Source: Negaprion brevirostris
Taxonomy: Eukaryota
Direction: 5' to 3'
DNA length: 57,522 nucleotides
Assembly (NCBI GenBank): GCA_030324005.1
Contig: JARDVH010000031.1
Location: 35,858,561-35,916,082, forward strand
In this document: positions 28,401-40,400 of the stretch, one piece after another
How positions within the stretch are numbered: the first letter of the stretch is position 1
Layout of the letters: every line of letters starts with the position of its first letter
Position numbers and translations under genes: made by a program
Notes under the pieces: generated by a model
What the model was told of the DNA's origin: nothing
Seen by the model: only the letters and a program-made list of their open reading frames with translations
Databases searched by the model: none

Positions 28401-31400
28401 CTCCAAAAACTGATCACTAAAGTCAACTGCTGTTACTTGACTTACCTTTCTAGTCATTTCATTAGAAGGATCTTTGTTACAGAAAGTGCTAAGGAACATT
28501 CTACAGACATCTTCACCTTTATCGAGCATTATTCTCAACAATTCCCGATTCCTTTCTTGGCAGGTTGTTTTCGATGAAATGTTATTCACTTCCTCTTTAT
28601 TCAGACACTTCTCATAAAGTTTATCTACCACAGGCTTGTGAACACCTTCGCCCATTTTCTGTACAAAGTCACTGAAGTTCTTGTGTAACCAATCTGATAA
28701 GAAACAAACGTGAGTACAGGAGAAATGAACAGACTGCTGCTGATGTCTGTGCTCAATTCTTTTATCTGTGGTTCTCTCCAAGAACACATTGGAAGGGAAA
28801 CATATTGCAGTTAACTTTCAGGTAACTTTCAACACAGTCAATATCCAGCTAATGTGGGATGTACAAGGAAACATTAACGTCTGTTTTTGATGGATGTAAT
28901 TAAAGGAGAGATAGGTGTTCACTTTTGTTGCCTGCCTGCCTCAGGAATGTGCATTTCTGGGGAGGAACTCCAGGCGATATTTGTGGTAAGTGACCAATGT
29001 GCCACCAGGGGCATGTTGCTCATTCAAATCCCCATTGTCTCAGGTTTTACATCCATTTTGAATTTAATACTGAATTTAATACTAGGTTTTCAGTAAAGCC
29101 GGCAGTTGAAGGAAGGTGAGGTCAATGGATGCAGTAGAGGCGGGGGTGATGGAGGGAGGGATGGAGATAGGGATATAGAGTGGGATGTGGAGAGTGGGTG
29201 GGGGTATGAGGACTAAAGAGCCTGAAATATAAGCAGACAACTGGAACAAAATCCCAGAGAACTGAGGCAGACCTTATAAGTAGCCTGCCTCACTCTCAGC
29301 TGCCGCTGTGGCCACTTCCAATTTTTGGCCCGAGTATCTCCCACACCACCCACCCCCAACCCAGAATGAAAATCAGATATGATGGGCATTTTGTACCCAG
29401 GCAGGCCTGCCGACTCATGAAATCTTCCAACTCCAGCTATCTATCTCAAAGAGGAAAAGCTGGTTCTAGTCGTGACGCTGACAGGTACGTTTATCAAACA
29501 ATATTGCTTCTTATTTTGACCTAAAGATATATGCCATGGCATATAAAACTATGATCACTTGGCATATTTATCTGAGATCTCTCTGTGCTACTGTAGTGGA
29601 GCTGTTAATTCATTTGTGTTGGTTTCAATGGGTTAATGTTTCAACTAAAATAAAGAGCAAGGACTGTTCAATGAATGAGCTTGGTATACTTCCACCTGAC
29701 AGTGCAATTTCAGTTCTTTGGTTTTAATCTAGCTTTTTTATGGCCACCTAATGGTCAAACAGCATACTTATTGTCAATTATTATGTTTCATTTATTTACT
29801 AACAGATCAGGTGTAGCTATTTTATACAATGATCGTTCTGTTCTTGAAAACTACCACGTGAGTGCCGCCTACCGATTAATGCAAGATGAAGAAATGAATA
29901 TTTTGTGCAATTTATCTAAAGATGATTGGCGGTAAGATGACACTCTTTCAGAAAAAAAAAATTGTATAAAAGATTACATATTAGATTCAGATCAATTGCT
30001 TTTCAAGATATCTAAGAAGAGTGTGTAAATGCAAGTCTCTGCTGTTTGTTGTCATGATGTGATTAGAGATATTTTACAGAATTAGTTCAATTATTTTTAT
30101 CGGATGTAACCACAAACACCTTTGCGTTAGATTAACTGACATTTTAAATAATGTTTATGGTTGAAAGAAAGTGACAGAGTAATATTTTGCGTGTCTGTAG
30201 TACGGGCATTTTTATTACAAAGGCAGTGAGTGTTAACTTAAAAGCCTGAAAAGTTAGTTCTCTGAATCTCATAGAATCTACAGTGCAGAAGGAGGCCTTT
30301 TGACCCACCGAGTCTGTATTGACCACAATCCTATCCCACCAGGCCCTATGCCCACAACCCCATACATTTACCTAGCTAATCTCCCTGATACAAAGGGGCA
30401 ATTTAGCATGGCCAATCCACCTAACTCGCACATCTTTGGACTCTGGGAGGAAGCCGGAGGACCCAGAGGAAACATATGCAGACACGAGGAGAATATGCAA
30501 ACTCCACACAGACAGTGACCCAAGTCAGGAATCAAACATGGGTGCCTGGTGCTCTGAGGCAGCAGTGTTAACCGCTGTGCCAGTGTGCCACCCTTCTATC
30601 TATTCATAGATTAACAAACAACAAAAATCATGAGCAGCAAATGTTGTGATTTTTATGCATGATCAATCAGTGAAATCAGAATAATGTTGCAGGGAGCAGT
30701 CTGTTGATTTATACTGGGATCTGTGGTATAGGATGGGGTTGGAGCAGGTATGGGGAAGGGAGGCTGGATTTAAGCTTACCTCTCTGTCCACTATTCAAGT
30801 ATTCATCATGGAACCTTTTAAATGCTTAACAAAGCTCAAGTCCATTTTGCTGTTAATTTACACATTTCTAAGCTGCTGACGCTCATGGAATTTGATGTTC
30901 TAAGCAATGAATAATAACCAGTGTGGTAACGGCACTAAAGTCAGCCTCTAAACCTCCAGATCCACAGGGTTCAAAAAATAAAAGCCAACAAGTAAATACA
31001 ATCCAAAGTAGAAATGGACTGCCTGGACTTTGAGATCAAAAGTGGACAAATATGAGCCTAGGACTGTATTTAAACAGTTGCTATAATTTGTATGACTTTT
31101 AACATTTGAGCCCTGAAAATATTTCAGTTTGAATGCAATTTGATCATCTATTTGGTGAATGTCAACCATGTCACCATAAATACATTATTGTTTACAAGGA
31201 TCAAACTCTCATCTTCAACTTGACTATTATTCTGCAGCTAAATCTGTACCATTTTAATTGCACTCTCCTACTCTGTGTTCCAAGCCTGGCCTTTTTACAA
31301 TCTATCCCAAGTCCCAAATTTCATTCTAACTTCAGCTCCTACCTAGGCTTCATCCTGGACATGCAAAAGCACTACAGATATTGCAGATTCCCATTCCCAA

Positions 31401-34400
31401 AGCCCCAGGCCCCAGCTTCATTTCTGCAGCTAAGTGAACCCACATCTCCTTTAAGGTCTCCATGGCAAGTGAGAAGGCAAGCTGTTGATGAGAGTTAATT
31501 GGAAATTTCAAAACTGAAAGTGTGAAGGATTCCAGAATGAAGGCAGATAGGCAGGGTTACGATACAGGTAGTTATGGGGAAAGATTCCCTGGCCTCCCTG
31601 TGGCGTGATTCTTGTGGTGGGAGGTGGCACATCATTTGCCAATGGCAAGATCTTCTAGCCCCGCCGTTGTCAATAGCATTGAATCCGCATTGAATCGACC
31701 CAAGCTGCCGGGAAACCAATGGCGGGGATCCACTATCACAGGACCAAAAGATCCCATCGATGTGAACAAGTGGAAAATTCCAGCCATGATCTAATTGAAT
31801 GGTGGAACAGCCTAAAGGGGCTGAATGGCCTACTCATGTTCCTATCTTCCTTGTATTTTTTGGCAAGCTAAGTGGACACATTTTAATTCAGCAAATACAG
31901 AAAATGCTGGAAAATCTCAGCAAATCTGATAGTATCTGCGGAGAGAGAATAGAGCTTACATTTTGAGTCTGGATAACCCTTCACCACCCTTTAATTGTCT
32001 GGTTACTGCATGCAGGATGCCAGCAGGCAAGGCTGGTGGCAGTAACCACAACAATTTAATTTGAAAACATATAGAGTACTTAGGAACTACTAGGCATTGC
32101 AATGCCTAGAGAAAGTAGGACAAGTACATACCCTGCATGCTTCATCCATTTCTTCTTAGTATCGTAGAATCCCTACAGTGTAGAACATAGAACATAGAAC
32201 ATAGAACATAGAACATTACAGCGCAGAACAGGCCCTTCGGCCCACGATGTTGCNNNNNNNNNNNNNNNNNNNNNNNNNNNNNNNNNNNNNNNNNNNNNNN
32301 NNNNNNNNNNNNNNNNNNNNNNNNNNNNNNNNNNNNNNNNNNNNNNNNNNNNNCTCTGCTCCTCCACACTATTCAAAATCCTCCCATTAGCCCTATACTC
32401 AACACATCTGTTATTCCTACCAAAATGAAGGAGGCCATTCTGCCCATCGAGCATGAACCAACTACAATCCCACCCAGGCCCTATACTCGTAACCTCACAT
32501 ATTTACCCTGCTAAGCCCCTGACACTAGGATCAATTTAGCATGGCCAACCAACCTAACCTGTACATCTTTAGAGTGTGGGAGGAAACCACAGCACCCGGA
32601 ATAAAAGAATGCAGACACATGGAGAATGTGCAAACTCCACACAGACAGTGATCTGAGGCCGGAATTGAACCCAGGTCCCTGACGCTGTGAGTGACCAGTG
32701 CTAACCACTGTGCCGTCCTTCTTGACAGCATCAATTAGAATCCTATAGACTTTGGTCCTGATTTGCATAATTGGACAACCTCCTACCTGTTCTGGGTGGG
32801 AGTGCTGAGTGCCCATTTACAGGTCTGCCTGGAAGCTGATTCCACAGTTGAACAGCTGCACAAGATTCCTGCCAGATTTTCAACTACCAACTGTCCATAT
32901 TTTAGGCAAGAAGTGGGCAGCTGGCAGCTGAAAGTCTTTCACTTGAGCTGAGTTATTTTGATTTTGGTGCAAAGGTACTCTTGGACTGTGAGGGTGAAAG
33001 GATGACTGCCCCATCACCTCATCTTAACTTAAACCAATTGACCACAACAGCAGAAAAAGTCACTTTCTTTAACTTGATGACAAGAATAAATCCTGAATAC
33101 ATTTGGCTTCAGCAAGAATATTCAGACAGGCTGGCATTTTAGCTGGTGAACTGTTCGTCAGGGTTGACATTCCTTTAGTCGTGGGAACATTTAAAAGTTC
33201 AGCATTTTTTATATATTTTTCCATTCTTTTATCGTAGACATGGAAAGAAAGCTAGCTGCCAGATCTATTCCCATATTTAGCATTGTCAATCAGCTAGTCA
33301 TAGCATCATGTTTTATAAATCAAACAGGGAGCTGCGTTCACTGGTGATAGAGATGGTTTTATCAACTGACATGTCTTGTCATTTTCAACAAATCAAGACC
33401 ATGAAAAATACGTTGCAGCAGCCAGAAGGGTGAGGCAATTTCCTTTCTTGATTATTTTTCTCTAAAAGCGGGAAACTTGTAATTATACATTACACAATAT
33501 TGACCCACATTCCTTGAGTGCAACAAGTCAGATGTATGTCCTTGGTTTTTCAGGACTGACAAAGCAAAAGTCATGTCATTAATGCTGCATGCAGCAGATA
33601 TAAGTCATCCTGCAAAAACCTGGCAACAACACTATCGTTGGACAATGACATTGATGGAAGAATTCTTTAGACAGGTAAAGGTTTTGATGTACTGCAAAAC
33701 ACCATATAACACATGCAATAGGAACACCCTTCACAAGGGTTTTATTGTAGAAGCACTATTTTCTAAAGCCAATTCCTGCTGTGTGTACATAATTTAATTA
33801 GAAATATTTTCATGAACAATATTGTTCTATTTCATGCCACCTGTTCATGAAACATCATGAAGTTGCACACAATTTCCATATATAAGTCAATTTTATTTCA
33901 TTTTTGGGCAGCCAAATGGGGCAGACCCCATTTCTATCCCAAAATTGAAGCCCAAGTTCCCTCAAGTTTTAAACTTTCCCATGGTCTCCGCTTTGATTTC
34001 CAAATTAGCTCACTTGTATGTTTGTAATGGAGGGCTTGTGGTTTCACTTCCTCCTTTGCAAACCACAATCATTTTGAAGAAATCACAGGCTATCAATCAG
34101 GCTTGACTATATCAAATTGCAGTTGGGAACACTGAGGTACTTGAGGTGCATTCAAACATGAAGGGAAATGAAAATAAACACAGGTGGCTGGAGGATGACA
34201 GGAATCCATTGAGCCATCAATGGAACCTTTTTCAAGGCACTGAATGTTGAATTGTTTGAGATCGAAGGGTTCCATTAGAATGAAGAGGGTTTCAAAGAAT
34301 TCAACTTGATAGGAAGCCTCATAAACTTCAAATAAAAGCTGTGAATGTACATTGGGTGCACAAATGTGCAGGTTGGAATAACACCTCCCCCCCATCCCCC

Positions 34401-37400
34401 CAGTGNNNNNNNNNNNNNNNNNNNNNNNNNNNNNNNNNNNNNNNNNNNNNNNNNNNNNNNNNNNNNNNNNNNNNNNNNNNNNNNNNNNNNNNNNNNNNNN
34501 NNNNNNNNNNNNNNNNNNNNNNNNNNNNNNNNNNNNNNNNNNNNNNNNNNNNNNNNNNNNNNNNNNNNNNNNNNNNNNNNNNNNNNNNNNNNNNNNNNNN
34601 NNNNNNNNNNNNNNNNNNNNNNNNNNNNNNNNNNNNNNNNNNNNNNNNNNNNNNNNNNNNNNNNNNNNNNNNNNNNNNNNNNNNNNNNNNNNNNNNNNNN
34701 NNNNNNNNNNNNNNNNNNNNNNNNNNNNNNNNNNNNNNNNNNNNNNNNNNNNNNNNNNNNNNNNNNNNNNNNNNNNNNNNNNNNNNNNNNNNNNNNNNNN
34801 NNNNNNNNNNNNNNNNNNNNNNNNNNNNNNNNNNNNNNNNNNNNNNNNNNNNNNNNNNNNNNNNNNNNNNNNNNNNNNNNNNNNNNNNNNNNNNNNNNNN
34901 NNNNNNNNNNNNNNNNNNNNNNNNNNNNNNNNNNNNNNNNNNNNNNNNNNNNNNNNNNNNNNNNNNNNNNNNNNNNNNNNNNNNNNNNNNNNNNNNNNNN
35001 NNNNNNNNNAGGGGGAGCTGAGTGAAGGGTCTAAGGAGGTGGGTGGATAAGTGGAGGCTCTGTGGGGGAAGAGGGCTGAGTGGAGGGTCTGGGGAGGGGG
35101 CTGCTTGGGTGTCTGAGATGGGAGGGTCTGTGTTGGGTGAGGTTCCCTGATGCCTGCATAGTATGGGAGGGGGGTTGTCCATTATTTGTGGGTGGGAATA
35201 TTCAGTGAGGTGTTGGTGGTGCTACCCTGGTCAGTGTGGGAGGGTGCACCATTTTCTTTGGGTGGAGTGGAGCTTGTCTCTGAGCGCAGAGATCATGGAG
35301 CCATTTAAAAATGGCAGCCCGTCTTGGAATTGCGTGTCTGGATGACGGGCTGCTCGAAATGGGTTCATTAGTATCCTTCAGGTCTGTGAATCCCAAGTGA
35401 AAGACGCTGCCCACGGGAAACACTCTCGTTTTCCCACCGGCATGGGAACTTAGGCCAAAAGTGGGAGAATCGGGCCCCATATGTCTTGCTTTATTTGTAA
35501 AGGACACAAGAAATACTGCACTTTAAGCACCTTGTCAATAAATACAAAGAAACAAATAAAACACAGTTGACTCTCCAAAATACTCAGGAAAATTAAATAA
35601 TGAAAATTTCAGAAACATGTACTCATCTTTTATTAACATTACAAATGAAACACACAAAGGTGATCTAAGAGTTCCTTTGCCACTGGTGATGTTCTTTCAA
35701 AGTAAACAGATGAGAGGAAATATATAACAAACCCAACAGAATAATACTGTATTGTGTTAAGCTTTCATTTAAATTTTATTGATTCAAACCTGGTATCTTA
35801 ATGAGGCTGGTTCACTGAAGAGCTGCCTCTACTAATCAATTCAGAAGTGCATTAGCTCAGGAGGAAATTAGACAAGGCCTATTCTCCCAATTTGCTCTCC
35901 CTCTAGTCCTAGCAACATGAGAGAAATTTTAATTCCCTCTGCACCATGAGAATGAGATTTTAATCTTTCTAAAATTGTGGAGGCATAATTAGTGCCTTGT
36001 ACCTGTCTTTTTGCACGGAGCCTCTGCATGGGCAGCTGTGACGCCTGTAATTTTAACATGCAAATCAAAGTATGATCATATACGTAGGACCCCCGAAACT
36101 GTTTAGAAGGCAGAGCTGGGTGTTCATGGTACTAATAATTCTGGATACATGCCACCAAGCAGTACATAAATTCCCATGTTTTCTACAAGTCTCACCACAT
36201 TAATAGAACTCCTGGCTGGGCTATGCAGTGAGTCACAGTTTCTTGCTTATCATTATCGATCATTAGCCTGTGAGAATTGATTCAACACATGCATTTCACT
36301 AGAAAATGTAAATGAGACCAGCTCTCAAAATGGACTTTGGATCTGTTGCTGAGAACATTGGGTAATCACATAATCGCCCAATATCTACCCTGGGTTAAAA
36401 TTGACTCCCATGTTGTCTGCTTTGACATTTATGAATCTCGCAAAGAGTGAATGCTAATTTTACTTTACGTTTTCAGGATATGACTTAACCGTAACTAATC
36501 ATATTATCTACAGGTATACATTACTTAGCTGAATGTTGCCATGCATCTCATTCACATCATCAATTGCTGTTCAGCAACAGTACACCCAATGATAGTGACT
36601 TGAGAAATAGCATTGTGGAAGGATGATACAAGGCCATGGATGATGTAATTCTGTCTCCAACACAATTTTGAATGCAAGACATTAATTTGGACAGGACACG
36701 TGTTCTAAATGCATTATTAATCATGCTAGGATTAACAATTAAAATCAACACACATGACTATTTATAGAACTTGAGCATTTATTCAGAAGGAAATTGAAAT
36801 TAAATTAAATATTAAATTTTAATGTAATTTTAAATTTTGATTCCTTTTAAATATTAGTGTTAATGGCTTCTATTAATCCTTATGATTGGTCATGCAGCTA
36901 TTATTTGAGATCTGTCTGAAGAATGTCAAAGGATAACCATTTCCTGTCATTTTAGTTGATACCTTATGACCTAGATGAGCCATGACTGGATGGAAGTGAT
37001 GGGCTGAGGTATATAAGCAGATTAGTGACAATGGGCTGAGGTATATAAGCAAATAGATTGTATTTGCTACAAAGTTAATGATAACTTGGCCGACCAGCTA
37101 ACTATAAGCTATATTTTCCTTTCTTTACTATTCTTGACAAAAAAAACTAGACAGTACTCTTCATTTTATATTGGTGTCAACTTTTTCCACTTAAAATCAC
37201 AACTGCAAGAAAATTTTTAGTTTGGTATTAATTATGTTCTATCACTCAGCCAAAACCATTTGAAATTACAGCAGCGAAAGAAATTGTTTTATTCTCCCTC
37301 GCCCAGTTAGCACTATGGGAAGGGAAAAAACTGATACCATCAGTTGGAGTTTGGATACAATTTAATTGTGTCCTGCCAATATGCCCATACTGCGTGGGCT

Positions 37401-40400
37401 TTCCTCAGAATAAAGCCATTGTTATTATTATGTTATTATTTACATCTAATCATAGAATCATGGAAGAATCACAGAATCCTACAGTGTAGAAGGAGGCCGT
37501 TCGGTACATCAAGTCTGCACTGACCACAATCCTACCTAGGCCCAACTCCCATAATCCCAAACATTTACCGTAGCTAATCCCCCTGACATTAAGGAGCAAT
37601 TTAACAATGCTAATCCACCTAACCCGCACATCTTTGGACTGTAGGAGGAAACTGGAGCACTGGAGGAAACACAAGCAGACACAGAGTGAATGTGCAAACT
37701 CCACACAGACAGTGACTCAAGCCGGGAATTGAACCTGGGTCCCCAGTGCTGTGAGGCAGCAGGGCTAACCACTGTGCCACCCCCATCAATCAAGTTGGTG
37801 CCAGGGCTAGATACATAAGAAGTAATGGAAGGCTTTTCCCTGTCACCCCTATACCCTACCAAATACACATTTGATATTGTTGTCTATCCTTAATTCAAGA
37901 ATATATAACTATTCTTTGACAATGTAATAGTTATTTTAATTTTAAAAATATACCATTTCCTATACAGGGTGATAGTGAAGCAGACTTGGGGCTGCCATTT
38001 TCCCCACTGTGTGATCGAAAATCCACAATGGTGGCTCAGTCTCAGATTGGTAAGTATGTACAAGCGTGATTTCCAAAGGTCTGTGTGTATTGTTGTTGAG
38101 AGACTGTTTCATTGTGTCATCTCTCAATTGTCAAAATTGTTCATTATTCCAGCATTATCCTGGAGCACAAAGATAGCCTGAAATTATTTTCCCTACTGCT
38201 TTATGGATGTTTTTGAACCCACAATGAAATGAACTGTTTCTGCCACTTCTCAACCATCCTCAGCCTACCTGACCAAACTTCCTAAAGATCTGATCCCCCT
38301 TCTTTTGCCCTAAAGCTACATCTTTTCCTAGTTTATACCTAATCTTCTCTTATGCCCTGTCTGAGCACAGGGTCCATGAGACCCAACTCCCACCCCTTTG
38401 AACCTATCCCTACTAAACTGCTAATCACTCATCTTCTCCTCCTGGCACCCATGATAGCCAATATTGTAAATTGTCTCTGCTCAAGTAATTCTCCTGTCCT
38501 TCGAATTTGCAATTATAACACCTCTCCTCAAAGAAATGAACATTGGCCACTCTGTTCTTGCAAAGCACTGTCACATCACCAGCCTTTCTCTCTTCTCCAA
38601 AGTTCTCAAATGTGTTGTCACTTCCCAAATCCATGCCTATGTTTCCCAAAATTCCACATTTGAGTCCTAGCCTTCAGATTTCCACAAATCACTTTCTTTG
38701 CCACTGTAATAAAGTTTTCTATTCTCATTTGTTCAACCGGCTTGGAAGCCTTTGACGCAATTGATCACACCATCATACTCCAACACCTCTTTACTGTCAT
38801 CCAGCTAGGATTGCCCTCATGAGCTTCCACTCTTGTCAATTTAATCTCAGCCAGAGTATCACTTACAATGGCTTGCCNNNNNNNNNNTACTCCTTTATAT
38901 ACTGCCCTTTAGTGACATCTGAGGACACAGCATCAGTTTTCACTGGCTAACACCCAGTTCTATCCACCGCTTTTGACCCTCTACTGCTTTTAAATTGTCA
39001 AATTCTAAATTGCTACCCAAATCCAGTACTGGATGGGCAGAAGTTTCCTCCTATTAAATATTGGTAAAATTGAATCTATTGGCCGGAATTTTATAGCTGT
39101 GCCTGCCACGGGAGTCGGAGCGGGTGAGAGGTGGACCATGGAAAGGTCTTTTGACTGGTAAAATCCCACCCCAACGTGCCTGCAATCCTAGCAGTAATGG
39201 CAGTTCAGAGAGGTGTCTTTCTTATGAGAATTAGAGTTTTAAATTAGTTCATAAACATTCAACAAAGTTGTAAACCCACATTTACTTCACCAGGTCAAAT
39301 TGTAAATGAGGGGTCATTAACCTAAATGTTAGATTGAGTCTAGCTCAGATTGAGCTATGTTGCCAAGGAGATGGGTCGAGCTTAAAGAAAACTCCCTGGT
39401 CTCAATTTATCCGGGTGTTTGCAAGGAGATGTTTAATGGCTGCAATTTAGATCTTATGTCCTTTGTAAGTCATTAAGAGACATTAGCCAAAATAATGATA
39501 GACAGACCTGTGCTGTAAGTAAAATAAAACATGAACTCATCATTGACTACGTGGATTTTCTGAGGAACAGAGGCTGGAAGATTGCCTAATTTGAAGCTAA
39601 TGACAGAATCTACAGCTGGCATTGCAGTACTTTGTTGCAAATTAAAGTAACCAGCAGATTAGCTTGGAAGTGTTAGAAAGTAACCAGAACAAGGCACTGG
39701 GGTATCTGTAGTCAAGTGATGGTAAATGAAAGCTTCGCACTGAGAATAGCTAAAGCTGAGGAGAATTCTTCAGAGGACAGTGGCATACGTACCGACGGTC
39801 ACTACAGAACTAATAACTTTAAGATTGATGTGCCTTATAAGAGAATTCTTGGAAGAGAAAGGAAGTAACCTTGAGTAGGTAGCATACATAATTATAAATA
39901 ATATTAAGTTAATAGTGCTTCTTTTGTTTAATTATATGTATAATAACATTTGTATTTGGTTTAAAAAGGGAATACCTATGTCTTAATTCTATTGTTTAAA
40001 GGTGTTTGGATTTCTTTTTAAATATTAATAGTATCTAACATGTGTGAAACAACTTGAGGCATTCCTCTATGTTAAAGGAAGCACAGTATATAAACACAAG
40101 TTGTCATTATTGTTTGTTCTGCTTTTCAGTAATGTAAAGCAGTTCTGAAAGTGTTTGGTGCATGAGGTTAATGTTTTTTAATCAGTTTGGTGACCTCATG
40201 TCAAAAATTTCTTCAAAGCTAGTCACACTCTGTTGCAGTAACATAGTTGGGGAGGCCACTGGAAACAATGATGGGAGTATCAACAACAAAAAACAGATAG
40301 CTTTGGATAGGGAGGGATNNNNCAGCACAGACATAATTACTCCATTCCCAGGAGATGGATTAGTTATTTAAGTATTATATATTGAGATTCATGCTTCAGA

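Noticed and set aside
28694-28787. N-terminal extension of ORF 28368..28787 (MFLERTTDK...)
   Set aside because: Starts at a non-ATG codon and runs through the pyrimidine tract and acceptor. It is intron, not coding.
30775-30815. Minus-strand donor GAG/gtaagc as the CARD first exon
   Set aside because: No in-frame ATG for a phase-1 junction; the nearby ATGs hit a TGA.
34328-35182. Longest ORFs in the track (215-284 aa)
   Set aside because: Artefacts of translating through a ~600-nt N gap; the same applies to other X-rich ORFs.
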